A program made the position numbers and the translations under genes. The notes under the pieces were generated by a model, which was given only the letters and a program-made list of their open reading frames with translations, did no database searches and was not told the DNA's origin. From an uncultured SAR86 cluster bacterium (GTDB taxonomy: Bacteria > Pseudomonadota > Gammaproteobacteria > Magnimaribacterales > AG-339-G14): a stretch of 64,000 nucleotides of DNA. Shown one piece after another: positions 29,896 through 39,968 of this stretch. The stretch is from positions 5,583 to 69,582 of the forward strand of contig CACJRI010000003.1 in the NCBI GenBank assembly GCA_902595715.1. Direction: 5' to 3'. How positions within the stretch are numbered: position 1 is the stretch's first letter; each line of letters begins with the position of its first letter.

Positions 29896-31185
29896 GTGAT
29901 GAAAGTAAAAAATCTTATAGGAGAAGTTCCAAAAATAGGAATAATTGGATTGGGATATGTAGGCCTACCTCTAGCTGTAGAATTTTCAAAAAAGTATAAA
30001 ACAATTGGATTTGATTTAAATAAAAAAAGAATAGATCAATTGAAAAAAGGCCTCGATATAACTAACGAGGTAGAAAGAAAGCATATTTTAAACAAAAAAC
30101 TTTTCTTTACATCACAGGAAAGAGAAATTTCAAAATGTAATACGTTTATTGTTACTGTGCCTACACCTATAAAAAAAAATAAAGAACCTGATCTAAAATT
30201 CTTAAAACAAGCAAGTAAAATAGTAGGAAGAAATTTAAAAAAAGATGATGTTGTTATCTATGAATCAACCGTCTATCCTGGAGTGACAGAAGACATTTGT
30301 GTTCCAATTGTAGAAAAAGTATCTGGATTAAAAATTAATATAAATTTTTATTGTGGTTATAGTCCTGAAAGGATTAATCCAGGAGATAAAAAACACAGAA
30401 TTACAAATATTAAGAAAGTTACGTCAGGTTCCACCAAAGAAAGTGCTTCATATATTGATAATCTATATAAATCAATTATTAAAGCAGGAACTTATAGCGC
30501 AAAAGATATTAAAACTGCTGAAGCTGCAAAAGTGATTGAAAACACTCAAAGGGATATAAATATTGCCTTGATGAATGAATTTTCTATGGTTTTTAATAAA
30601 ATTGGCCTAGATACTCAATCAATTCTTGAGGCTGCTCAAACAAAGTGGAATTTTTTACCATTTCAACCTGGGCTTGTTGGAGGTCATTGTATTGGAGTTG
30701 ACCCTTACTATCTTGCTCATAAATCTATAAAAAGCGGTCATAATCCAGAAATGATTCTTGCAGGCAGAAAGATTAATGACTCTATGCCTAATTTTGTTTC
30801 TAGAGAAATTTTGCGTCTCATGAAATATAAAAATTTAAAAATCAAGACAGCTAGAATTTTGATTTTAGGTTTTTCTTTTAAGGAGAACTGTCCAGATCAT
30901 AGAAATACAAAAGTTTATGACCTGCATAATCACCTTGCTCAAAAAGTTTCAAAGGTTGATATTTATGATCCATTAGTAAATATTCCAGAAGCAAAAAAAA
31001 GTTACGATATAAATTTTATTACCAAAATTCCTAGAAAATTATATGACGCAATAGTTATTGCAGTACCACATTCTTCATTTATAGATTTAGGAAGAAATAA
31101 TTTTGAAGAATATTCAAAGTCAAACCATATAATTTATGATTTAAAAAATCTTTTCAAAAATAAAAAAAATATTCACAGGCTTTAG
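29896..31185 (+). CDS. wbpO: UDP-N-acetyl-D-glucosamine/galactosamine 6-dehydrogenase (WbpO/TviB/CapL type)
   Basis: 429 aa. Has the N-terminal Rossmann motif KIGIIGLGYVGLPLAVEF and the catalytic-Cys region PGLVGGHCIGVDPYYL. It is paired with a WbpP-like epimerase. Confidence 0.85.
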   Translation: MMKVKNLIGEVPKIGIIGLGYVGLPLAVEFSKKYKTIGFDLNKKRIDQLKKGLDITNEVERKHILNKKLFFTSQEREISKCNTFIVTVPTPIKKNKEPDLKFLKQASKIVGRNLKKDDVVIYESTVYPGVTEDICVPIVEKVSGLKININFYCGYSPERINPGDKKHRITNIKKVTSGSTKESASYIDNLYKSIIKAGTYSAKDIKTAEAAKVIENTQRDINIALMNEFSMVFNKIGLDTQSILEAAQTKWNFLPFQPGLVGGHCIGVDPYYLAHKSIKSGHNPEMILAGRKINDSMPNFVSREILRLMKYKNLKIKTARILILGFSFKENCPDHRNTKVYDLHNHLAQKVSKVDIYDPLVNIPEAKKSYDINFITKIPRKLYDAIVIAVPHSSFIDLGRNNFEEYSKSNHIIYDLKNLFKNKKNIHRL

Positions 31186-32202
31186 TTGAAAACTTTTAGT
31201 GACTACATAAACCATCTAAAAAAAAATCAATATTCTTGGTTAATTACCGGAGCAGGGGGATTCATAGGCTCTAATCTAGTTAATTTTTTGCTTGGGTTAA
31301 ATCAAAGAGTAGTTGGGTTAGATAACTTTTCATTGGGTATCAAAGAAGAATTATTAAATTTAACTAAAAACTATGAGAATAATCTATTTACTCTTGTCGA
31401 AGGAGATATTAATGATAAAAAGACTTGTATTTTAGCTTTAAAGAAAGTGGATTTTGCTTTACATCATGCAGCTCTTGGATCCGTTCCAAGATCAATTTCA
31501 GATCCCTTTAGCTCAAATGAAGCAAACATTTCAGGTTTTTTAAATATGTTAATTTCTGCAAGAGACTCTAATGTTAAAAATTTTATTTATGCTAGTTCAA
31601 GTTCTGCATATGGCGATCATGAAGCTTTACCTAAAGTAGAAGACGTTATAGGAAAACCTAAAAATCCATACTCTATCACTAAATATGTAAATGAACTTTA
31701 TGCAAACACTTTTGAGGAACATTACGGTTTCAAATCCATTGGTCTCAGATATTTTAATGTTTTTGGACCAAGGCAGAGGGAAAATGGCGATTATGCTGCA
31801 GTCATACCAAAATGGATTAAAAATATTCTAAATAGACAAGATATAGAAATTTATGGAGACGGAGAGACATCTAGAGATTTTTGCTATATAGAAAATGCAA
31901 TACAAGCCAATATAATTTCAGCTTTATCTAAAAATGAAATTGCCAAGGGCCAGGTATATAATATTTCTGTTGGCGATCAGACAACTTTGAATAATCTATT
32001 TTCTATGATTCATAATAATATTGAAAATTCTATTGGTGAAAATATTAAAATAAATCCGATTTATAAAGATTTCAGAGCTGGTGATATTAGACACTCAAGA
32101 GCAGATATATCTAAAGCAAAAAAATTATTAAATTATTCTCCTTCTCATAACGTTGAAAAGGGAATAAAAGAAACTGTTAACTGGTATATAAATAAGAAAT
32201 AA
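31186..32202 (+). CDS. wbpP: UDP-GlcNAc(A) C4-epimerase (WbpP/TviC/CapN type)
   Basis: TTG start. Has WLITGAGGFIGSNL, the SDR catalytic YSITKYVNE (YxxxK) and SRDFCYIENAIQANI. Confidence 0.82.
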   Translation: MKTFSDYINHLKKNQYSWLITGAGGFIGSNLVNFLLGLNQRVVGLDNFSLGIKEELLNLTKNYENNLFTLVEGDINDKKTCILALKKVDFALHHAALGSVPRSISDPFSSNEANISGFLNMLISARDSNVKNFIYASSSSAYGDHEALPKVEDVIGKPKNPYSITKYVNELYANTFEEHYGFKSIGLRYFNVFGPRQRENGDYAAVIPKWIKNILNRQDIEIYGDGETSRDFCYIENAIQANIISALSKNEIAKGQVYNISVGDQTTLNNLFSMIHNNIENSIGENIKINPIYKDFRAGDIRHSRADISKAKKLLNYSPSHNVEKGIKETVNWYINKK

Positions 32203-32204
32203 CA

Positions 32205-33182
32205 ATGAGAGTTTTGATTACAGGAGCTGATGGGTTTATTGGTTCACATTTAACTGAAGCTCTCTACAGCGAGGGTCATCAGATCAGAGCTCTTTGTCAG
32301 TATAATTCATTTAATAATTGGGGTTGGCTAGAAGATATTTCTTGCAAAAACGATATCGAGATATTTTCTGGTGATATCAGAGACCCTTACTATTGCGAAG
32401 AATTAGTTTCTGGAGTTGATATAGTTTTTCACCTTGCTGCTTTGATTGCTATTCCTTATTCTTATGTATCTCCTCAAAGTTATGTTGAAACGAATATACA
32501 GGGAACGTTAAACATTTGTCAGGCCTCTATAAAAAACAAAGTAAGTAGAGTATTGCATACTTCAACAAGTGAAGTTTATGGGACAGCTAAATACGTTCCT
32601 ATTGATGAAGACCATCCATTACAACCACAGTCTCCATATAGCGCCAGTAAGATTGGAGCAGATGCAATAGCCATGAGTTTTTTTCATTCCTTCAACTTGC
32701 CCGTTACGGTTGTAAGGCCTTTCAATACCTACGGACCCAGACAGTCTGCTAGGGCTGTCCTACCAACAATCATAACTCAAATTGCAAATGGTGCTAAAGA
32801 GATCAGCTTAGGTGACACGACGCCTACCAGAGACTTTACTTATGTAGAAGATACATGTTCTGGCTTTATAAAACTATCTTCATGCGATGATTCCATTGGA
32901 GAGACAGTAAATTTAGGATCAAATTCTGAGATAAGTATTTCAGATGCATTGGATATTATAAAAAATTTGATGAAAAGCGATGTTAATTTTATTTTAGATA
33001 AAGAAAGGATAAGGCCAAAAAATTCAGAGGTACATAGGTTATGGAGTGATAATTCCAAATTAAGAGAGTTGACTGATTTTTTCCCAAATACTTCTATCGA
33101 AGAAGGATTGAAGAAAACGATAGATTGGATCTTGATTCCAGAGAACCTATCGAGATATAAATCTGAAATTTATAATGTTTGA
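32205..33182 (+). CDS. legB: NDP-GlcNAc 4,6-dehydratase, LegB-like (extended SDR)
   Basis: 325 aa. MRVLITGADGFIGSHLTEAL...IRALCQYNSFNNWGWLEDI...FHLAALIAIPYSY, catalytic YSASK. From memory, the N-terminal layout matches Campylobacter Cj1319/LegB-type dehydratases. A DegT aminotransferase follows. Confidence 0.65.
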   Translation: MRVLITGADGFIGSHLTEALYSEGHQIRALCQYNSFNNWGWLEDISCKNDIEIFSGDIRDPYYCEELVSGVDIVFHLAALIAIPYSYVSPQSYVETNIQGTLNICQASIKNKVSRVLHTSTSEVYGTAKYVPIDEDHPLQPQSPYSASKIGADAIAMSFFHSFNLPVTVVRPFNTYGPRQSARAVLPTIITQIANGAKEISLGDTTPTRDFTYVEDTCSGFIKLSSCDDSIGETVNLGSNSEISISDALDIIKNLMKSDVNFILDKERIRPKNSEVHRLWSDNSKLRELTDFFPNTSIEEGLKKTIDWILIPENLSRYKSEIYNV

Positions 33183-34326
33183 GGACCTTGTTAAATTTAT
33201 AAGAGATTTATATCAGACTAATTCTTTTATCCCTCTTCATGAGCCACAGTTTTTAGGGAAGGAAAAAGAATATTTACTTGATGTTATAGACTCAACATTT
33301 GTTTCTAGTGTTGGTAAATCAGTAGATACATTTGAAGATAGGATAAGTAATTTTACCGGCATAAAATATGCAACAGCTACTGTAAATTGCACCTCTGCAA
33401 TTCATCTTTCGTTACTCTTGGCTGGAGTTAAGGAAGAAGACGAAGTTATAACTCAGTCTTTTAATTTTATTGCTGGCGCTAATGCTATTTCTTATTGCAG
33501 AGCAGATCCAGTATTCGTCGATATTGATAGAGACAGTCTTACAATGTCACCTATTAAATTAGAAAATTTTTTAAAAACAAATTATGAAATTAGAGAAGAT
33601 GGCAGATGTTGGAATAGAGTTACTAATAAAAGATTGGTGGCATGTTTGCCTATGAATTCTTATGGATTTCCTACTGATATAAATGGACTAAAAAAAATAT
33701 GTGATGATTTTCATATAAAGTTAATTGAAGATTCAGCTGAATCATTAGGAAGTTTTTGCAAGAGCAGGCACACAGGATCAGAATCAATCCTTTCTACCCT
33801 AAGTTTTAATGGAAACAAGATCATTACCACAGGGGGTGGAGGCATGATTCTTACTAACGATAAAAACTTACACAATAAAGCAAAGCATTTGTCTACTACC
33901 GCTAAATTGCCTCATAGGTGGGAATTCAATCATGATGAAATAGGATTTAATTTCAGAATGCCAAATCTCAATGCTGCACTAGGTTTGGCACAACTTGAGA
34001 TGATAGAAGATTTTATAATTAGCAAAAGAGATATTGCCTTAAAGTATCAAGAATGGGGAATAAAAAATAATTTGGTTTTTATAAAAGAACAAGAAGGTTC
34101 TAAATCTAATTATTGGTTAAATTGTCTAATGACAGAGGACCGTCATGAAAGAGACAGCTTATTAGAATACACTAATTCAAATAATGTCATGACTCGGCCC
34201 TCTTGGACTCCTTTGCATTTGTTAGGAATGTATGAGAAGAATTTTAAATCTGATTTAAAAGATACTGTTTGGGTTCACGAAAGACTAATTAATTTGCCCA
34301 GTTCGCCCATCTTAGAGCTCTTATGA
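33175..34326 (+). CDS. legC: DegT/DnrJ/EryC1-family PLP aminotransferase, LegC-like
   Basis: 383 aa. The DegT-family layout includes LSFNGNKIITTGGGGMILTND (PLP-lysine region) and GFNFRMPNLNAALGLAQL. Confidence 0.7.
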   Translation: MFEDLVKFIRDLYQTNSFIPLHEPQFLGKEKEYLLDVIDSTFVSSVGKSVDTFEDRISNFTGIKYATATVNCTSAIHLSLLLAGVKEEDEVITQSFNFIAGANAISYCRADPVFVDIDRDSLTMSPIKLENFLKTNYEIREDGRCWNRVTNKRLVACLPMNSYGFPTDINGLKKICDDFHIKLIEDSAESLGSFCKSRHTGSESILSTLSFNGNKIITTGGGGMILTNDKNLHNKAKHLSTTAKLPHRWEFNHDEIGFNFRMPNLNAALGLAQLEMIEDFIISKRDIALKYQEWGIKNNLVFIKEQEGSKSNYWLNCLMTEDRHERDSLLEYTNSNNVMTRPSWTPLHLLGMYEKNFKSDLKDTVWVHERLINLPSSPILELL

Positions 34327-35207
34327 AAATACTTTTAGCTGGTTCAGAGGGTTTCATTGGGAAAGCGTTTCAAGATAATTTATCTAAACATTTCGAAATA
34401 ATATGCACTGGGAGAAATTTTACAAAAGAAAATAAAACTCATATCAAGATAGATTTAGTTCTTGATGACTTAAATAAACTTCCTGACGATATTGATATTA
34501 TTGTCAATCTTGCTTCAAAACAACCCTCTCAAATTCAAGATTCTTGGGATGATTTTTACAAAGGTAATGTTATATCAACATTAAAATTATGGGATTATGC
34601 GAGGGAAATAGGTGCTAAAAAATTTATCTATATATCAAGCACTTCTTTGTTTAATCAGAGCTCGCCAAGTAATAAATTAAGTCATGATTCTATTGCCTGT
34701 CCCCTTAGTGAATACGGTCTAACTAAATATATTAGTGAGATACTTTTAAAAATGAGGTCAGAGGATGAAAATATCCAGACAATAATATTGAGATTCCCTT
34801 CAGTTTTTGGTGACGGCCATAAAGGTGGCTTAGTTAAAACTTTTTATGACTTAGCTGTAGAAAATAAAACTATAGATGTTTTTAATAATGGAAAAATTTA
34901 TAGAAATTTACTTTTTAAATCGGATGCTGTTTCAGCCATAAAGAAATGTATAGAAAATGAAACATTAGAAAATTTCGAAATTTTTATGATTGGAAGTAGC
35001 GACTCAATGCAGTCAAAAGAAATAGCAAAAAAAATTATAAAGTTGACTAAATCGAAATCGCGAATAAATCTTGTAAGCAAGCCGTCTCCTGTTGACTCAG
35101 ATATCTTTTTAGATTTAGAAAAATCCATAAAAAAATTAAACTTTAAACCATCTTCTATTGAGCATGGACTAAAATGTTTCCTAGAAAGCATGAATAATGA
35201 AATATAG
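34323..35207 (+). CDS. NAD-dependent sugar epimerase/reductase (extended SDR)
   Basis: 294 aa. Has MKILLAGSEGFIGKAF and the catalytic YGLTKYISE (YxxxK). The substrate is unknown. Confidence 0.7.
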   Translation: MKILLAGSEGFIGKAFQDNLSKHFEIICTGRNFTKENKTHIKIDLVLDDLNKLPDDIDIIVNLASKQPSQIQDSWDDFYKGNVISTLKLWDYAREIGAKKFIYISSTSLFNQSSPSNKLSHDSIACPLSEYGLTKYISEILLKMRSEDENIQTIILRFPSVFGDGHKGGLVKTFYDLAVENKTIDVFNNGKIYRNLLFKSDAVSAIKKCIENETLENFEIFMIGSSDSMQSKEIAKKIIKLTKSKSRINLVSKPSPVDSDIFLDLEKSIKKLNFKPSSIEHGLKCFLESMNNEI

Positions 35208-36366
35208 AACATCTTCACCTCATTTTCCTAAGGAAGATATAGAGGAGATTCTTCCTAAAATATCAGAAATCTTGGAGGGAAAAGGCCTTTTAAGTATGGG
35301 AGATAATGTTAAAGAATTTGAGTCCTCCTTCTCATCTTTCGTGGGCTCACGAGCAGCAGTAGCAACTAATTCTTGTTCTAGTGCTTTAGAAATTTCTTTA
35401 AATGTCCTTGGCGTTGGCTCTGGAGATGAGGTTATAGTTCCAACACAAACTTTTATTGCAACGGGATCTTCTGTAGTTAAAGTTGGAGCTAAGCCAATAT
35501 TCTGCGAAATAAATAAAAATTTTTTGATAGATTTTGAAGATTTAAAAAAGAAAATTAATAAACATACAAAAGCTGTAGTTATTGTTCATTTTGCTGGTTT
35601 AATCCACGAAGATATATTGAATATAAGAAAGTTTCTTAATGAAAAAGGCATTTTTTTAATAGAAGATGCTGCCCATGCAATTGGCTCTTCTTTGAATGGT
35701 ATTAAGGCTGGGAACTTTGGTGATTTGTCCTGTTTCTCTTTTTTTTCAACGAAAAATATGACAACTGGGGAAGGAGGCATGATCACTTCAAATAACATTG
35801 ATCTTTCAAAACTTTGTTCAAGTATTCGAAATAGAGGTTTAGACCTAGACTCATCTTCTGAGCAATTTATCAACATTGGTAGCAACAGCAGAATGACAGA
35901 GATTCAAGCTTTGCTTGGAATTTATCAACTAAAAAGAATTCAAGAATTCAATTTACATAGAAATAGGATTGCAGAAATTTACAATCAAGAACTTAATTCC
36001 TTTTTTGACTCAAACATTCTATCAAGACACACACAATCTAAAGATAATGTATCTTCTTACTGGAAGTATTGGATTTCACTTGAAGAAGGTTACTTCGAGG
36101 CTAGTGATAGAATTAAGATAAAAGAAGAGATGAATGCTTTATCTATTCCTGTAGATTGGGCCTACAGTCCTTTACTTCATTTACAACCAGTATTTAAAAA
36201 AATGTATGATATCAGCGAGGGTTATCTCCCTTTCTCTGAAGAAATGTCAAAAAGGCACATTTGCCTACCTATTCATGCATTGATCAGTGAAGAAGATGCA
36301 GTTTTCATAATAAAAAAATTTTCTGAAATAGTCTCAAAGTTAACGCAAGTTAATAACAAAAAATAA
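35197..36366 (+). CDS. second DegT/DnrJ/EryC1-family PLP aminotransferase
   Basis: 389 aa. Has FSFFSTKNMTTGEGGMITSN (PLP-lysine region), IEDAAHAIGS and SRMTEIQALLGIYQLKR. Confidence 0.8.
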   Translation: MKYRTSSPHFPKEDIEEILPKISEILEGKGLLSMGDNVKEFESSFSSFVGSRAAVATNSCSSALEISLNVLGVGSGDEVIVPTQTFIATGSSVVKVGAKPIFCEINKNFLIDFEDLKKKINKHTKAVVIVHFAGLIHEDILNIRKFLNEKGIFLIEDAAHAIGSSLNGIKAGNFGDLSCFSFFSTKNMTTGEGGMITSNNIDLSKLCSSIRNRGLDLDSSSEQFINIGSNSRMTEIQALLGIYQLKRIQEFNLHRNRIAEIYNQELNSFFDSNILSRHTQSKDNVSSYWKYWISLEEGYFEASDRIKIKEEMNALSIPVDWAYSPLLHLQPVFKKMYDISEGYLPFSEEMSKRHICLPIHALISEEDAVFIIKKFSEIVSKLTQVNNKK

Positions 36367-36369
36367 TTA

Positions 36370-37050
36370 ATGAAATTAAGTATTCATCAAAGTCAATATA
36401 TACCATGGCCAGCATATTTTAAGAAAATAGCTCTTTCAGATAAATTTGTTATTTTAGATGATGTTCAATTTCAAAAGAACGGTGTTCAGAATAGAAACAA
36501 ACTGAGAAATAAAAACGGGGAATTTTGGTTAACAATACCTGTTAAAGGTTCTTTGGGAGATTCCATAAAAGATAAAGAAATTGCTCACGATAAATGGAAA
36601 AAGAAGCATTTTCAGTCTATGTCTCAATCTTATTCAAAGTCACCATTTTGGGATTCCCTGAAAGATGAGATTGAAGCTTTATATTCTCTAGAAACTACTA
36701 AGTTAAATGATATAAATATCTTCTTTATAAAATTTATAATTTCTAAATTAGAAATTGATACTGAAATAATTATTTCTTCGAATGAAGATTTTAGCGGTAA
36801 AAAATCAGACTTAATCCTAAATATATGTAGTAACTTTAAAGCATCTAAGTATTTGAGCGGTACAGGAGCTAAAGATTATTTAGATATTGACAGTTTTAAG
36901 GAAAAAGGAATCATTGTAGAGTTTATGAAGTCGTTGCCAGCTATCTACACTCAAATACATGGTGATTTTATGCCCGGTCTTTCTATTATTGATATGATGA
37001 TGAACACTCCTTCTGAAGAGATAAGAAAATATCTATACGAAGAGAATTAA
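36370..37050 (+). CDS. WbqC-family protein (uncharacterised glycan-cluster family)
   Basis: 226 aa. The N-terminus is MKLSIHQSQYIPWPAYFKKIALSDKFVILDDVQFQKNGVQNRNKL, typical of WbqC-like proteins. Confidence 0.7.
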   Translation: MKLSIHQSQYIPWPAYFKKIALSDKFVILDDVQFQKNGVQNRNKLRNKNGEFWLTIPVKGSLGDSIKDKEIAHDKWKKKHFQSMSQSYSKSPFWDSLKDEIEALYSLETTKLNDINIFFIKFIISKLEIDTEIIISSNEDFSGKKSDLILNICSNFKASKYLSGTGAKDYLDIDSFKEKGIIVEFMKSLPAIYTQIHGDFMPGLSIIDMMMNTPSEEIRKYLYEEN

Positions 37051-37054
37051 GTCA

Positions 37055-38224
37055 ATGGCTAAGAAGATAAAGAAAATACTAGCTGTTACAGGAATAAGAT
37101 CTGAGTATGACATTTTATTTCCTGTAATAGATTCACTAAGAAAGCATAAATCTTTTCAGGTTCAACTGGTAGTTTGTGGGGCACACTTATCCGATTGGCA
37201 TGGAGATACTTTAAAAGATATTGAATCAGATAAGTTCGATGTCGTTGAAAAAATTGATTATCTTTTAATGACTAATAGAAAAACTCAAAGAGCAAAGGGA
37301 ATAGGCAATTTAATTTCTTCACTAACTCAAACGGTTGACCGTATCAAGCCAGATTTTATTCTGTACGTTGGTGATAGAGAAGAGAGTATCGCTTGTTCGA
37401 TAGTAGCAAACTATATGAATGTTTTAGCAGTTCATATAGGCGGGGGAGATTCGGTATACGGTAATGCAGATGATCCTATTAGATTTGCTTGTAGCGAGCT
37501 TGCACACGTTCATTTTACCACCTCACAACAGTATGCTGATAATCTCATAAAGATAGGTGAAGAACCAAGGCGGGTTTTTTTTAGTGGCAATCCGGCCTTA
37601 AAAAACATAAAAGACGTTCCTTCCATTTCAAAGAAAGAAATTTCAAAGAAGCTCGATTTTAATCTCAATAAATATGCTGTGATAATCAAACATCCCTTAT
37701 CCTCTTCTAAAGAAGAATCTTATTATCAGATGAAAACTACTTTAGAAGCAGTAGGTGAATTCACAAAGGAAAGAAATATTGAGGCTGTTGGCATATTTCC
37801 AAACACTGATCCTGGCTCCTATGACATATTAAGAGCAATAAAAGAAGAGGAAAGTAATTCAATGAAATTCTTTAAAAATCTCCCTAGAAATATTTTCGTA
37901 AACCTAATAAGGCATGCTTCATTGTTAATTGGAAATTCCAGTATGGGAATATTAGAAGCACCTTACTATAAATTACCAGTAATAAATGTAGGAGATCGCC
38001 AACTTGGAAGGTTAAATGCAGGAAATGTAAAGTTTGTAAATTATGATAAGAAAATTATCAAATCCGCTATGGAAGAGGCCATATTCAACTCAACTTATAT
38101 AGAAAAAATAAAGTCTTTAAAAAATCCATATGGCGGTGACGATGCTCACGAAAGAATAGTTGAAGTTCTTGAAAATCTAAACTTGGAAGACAAAACCTGG
38201 TATATAAAACAAAAGGTGTTTTAG
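37055..38224 (+). CDS. neuC: hydrolysing NDP-sugar 2-epimerase (NeuC/LegG type)
   Basis: 389 aa. Has ILAVTGIRSEYDILFPVI and YVGDREESIACSIVANYMNVLAVHIGGGD, and ends with NPYGGDDAHERIVEVL. Confidence 0.82.
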   Translation: MAKKIKKILAVTGIRSEYDILFPVIDSLRKHKSFQVQLVVCGAHLSDWHGDTLKDIESDKFDVVEKIDYLLMTNRKTQRAKGIGNLISSLTQTVDRIKPDFILYVGDREESIACSIVANYMNVLAVHIGGGDSVYGNADDPIRFACSELAHVHFTTSQQYADNLIKIGEEPRRVFFSGNPALKNIKDVPSISKKEISKKLDFNLNKYAVIIKHPLSSSKEESYYQMKTTLEAVGEFTKERNIEAVGIFPNTDPGSYDILRAIKEEESNSMKFFKNLPRNIFVNLIRHASLLIGNSSMGILEAPYYKLPVINVGDRQLGRLNAGNVKFVNYDKKIIKSAMEEAIFNSTYIEKIKSLKNPYGGDDAHERIVEVLENLNLEDKTWYIKQKVF

Positions 38225-38226
38225 TA

Positions 38227-38895
38227 ATGAAAAAAGTTATTGTCATTTCTCCACATCCAGACGATGAAACTTTAGGTTGTGGAGGGACACTTCTAAAGCA
38301 TATTTCAAATGGAGATCAAGTTTCTTGGGTCATCGTTACAGACATGAAAAAGATGCCAAATCTAAATAAAAACACATTAAACCAAAGAAATAAAGAAATT
38401 ATAGATGTCTCTAAAAGTTATGGTTTTCACAAAACATTCGAACTTGGGTTCCCCGCAACTCTCTTAGATACATTGCCAAAAAGAGATTTAATCTCATCAT
38501 TAGCTGATGTTATAAACGAGATAAAACCTGAAATTTTATACCTTCCTTATGAGAATGATGTTCATACAGACCATGAACAAGTTTTTAAAGCAGCTTCTGC
38601 ATTCACTAAATCTTTTCGTTTCCCTTTCATAAAAGACATTTATGTTTATCACACTTTATCTGAGACAGATTTCAATCTAGATCCAAAAAAATCTAGCTTC
38701 AAACCAAATTACTTTGTTGATATCACCGAACACTTTGATGAGAAGTTAGCCATTATGAGAATCTATGAGTCTGAATTAGGCAATCATCCTTTTCCTAGGT
38801 CTGTTGAAGCGATTAAGTCTCACGCAACCTTAATGGGAAGTATTTCGAATACTAGTTATGCTGAGGGCTTTGTCATCATTAAGCAAATAAGATGA
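38227..38895 (+). CDS. PIG-L/LmbE-family N-deacetylase
   Basis: 222 aa. Has the zinc-site motif VISPHPDDETLGCGGTL and a downstream HTDHEQV. Confidence 0.8.
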   Translation: MKKVIVISPHPDDETLGCGGTLLKHISNGDQVSWVIVTDMKKMPNLNKNTLNQRNKEIIDVSKSYGFHKTFELGFPATLLDTLPKRDLISSLADVINEIKPEILYLPYENDVHTDHEQVFKAASAFTKSFRFPFIKDIYVYHTLSETDFNLDPKKSSFKPNYFVDITEHFDEKLAIMRIYESELGNHPFPRSVEAIKSHATLMGSISNTSYAEGFVIIKQIR

Positions 38896-39968
38896 GCACA
38901 ATTGTTATTGCAGAGGCCGGCGTTAATCATAATGGCGACTTGCAGAAAGCTTTCCAGCTTGTTGATGCAGCATCAGAAGCCGGTGCTGATATTGTAAAAT
39001 TCCAAATTTTTAAAGCTGAAAATTTAGCAACCACCTCGGCAGAAAAGGCAAATTACCAAAAGAAAACCTCAAATTCATCTGAGTCACAATTTTCTATGCT
39101 TAAAAAGCTTGAACTTGATAATGAATCTTATTTTAAGTTACAAGAATATTGTCATCAGAAAGAAATTGATTTTCTATTATCTGCCTTCGATTTTGATAGT
39201 TTGAAATTTTTATTAGACGAACTTAGATTAAAAATTCTTAAAATACCTTCAGGAGACATTACTAATGCTCCATTGATTTTATCTCATGCCGTCTCAGGCA
39301 GGGATATCATTCTTTCAACAGGCATGTCTAATTTAAATGAAATAGAAACAGCATTATCAGTTATTTCATATGGATATTTAAACCAAACCATCAATTTAAA
39401 ACCTTCAATTGAAGATTTTAAAAAAGCCTATAATTCCTCTGAAGGAAAAGATTTATTAGAAGAAAAAGTTATTCTTTTGCATTGTACAACTGAATATCCA
39501 GCGCCTCTAAAAGATATCAACCTTGATGCCATGAATACCATAAAAGATCATTTTAAATTAAAAGTGGGGTATTCAGATCATAGTGATGGGATTTTAGTTC
39601 CTATCGCCGCAGCTGCTTTAGGAGCAAAAATTATAGAAAAACATATAACGTTAAACAAAGATGATATAGGTCCGGATCATAGGGCATCTTTGGAGCCAGA
39701 TCAGTTCAAAAGAATGATTTCAAGTATTAGAAAAGTAGAGTTACTAAAAGGCGATGGCATAAAAAAACCAAGAGAATCTGAGTCATCAAATATTATGATT
39801 GCTAGGAAGAGTATTTTTGCTAAAAAAATAATCAAGGCGGGGGAAATTTTCTCTGAAGAAAATATTGCTTTAAAAAGACCTTCTAAAGGGCTCGACCCGA
39901 TAATGTATTGGGAAGTTTTAGGTCAGGAGGCTACTAGAGATTACGAAGTAGACGAGGCAATTGAATGA
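38892..39968 (+). CDS. neuB: nonulosonic acid synthase (NeuB/LegI type)
   Basis: 358 aa. Has IAEAGVNHNGDL...GADIVKFQ...KIPSGDITN...LHCTTEYPAP...GYSDHS, followed by a C-terminal SAF domain. Confidence 0.88.
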   Translation: MSTIVIAEAGVNHNGDLQKAFQLVDAASEAGADIVKFQIFKAENLATTSAEKANYQKKTSNSSESQFSMLKKLELDNESYFKLQEYCHQKEIDFLLSAFDFDSLKFLLDELRLKILKIPSGDITNAPLILSHAVSGRDIILSTGMSNLNEIETALSVISYGYLNQTINLKPSIEDFKKAYNSSEGKDLLEEKVILLHCTTEYPAPLKDINLDAMNTIKDHFKLKVGYSDHSDGILVPIAAAALGAKIIEKHITLNKDDIGPDHRASLEPDQFKRMISSIRKVELLKGDGIKKPRESESSNIMIARKSIFAKKIIKAGEIFSEENIALKRPSKGLDPIMYWEVLGQEATRDYEVDEAIE

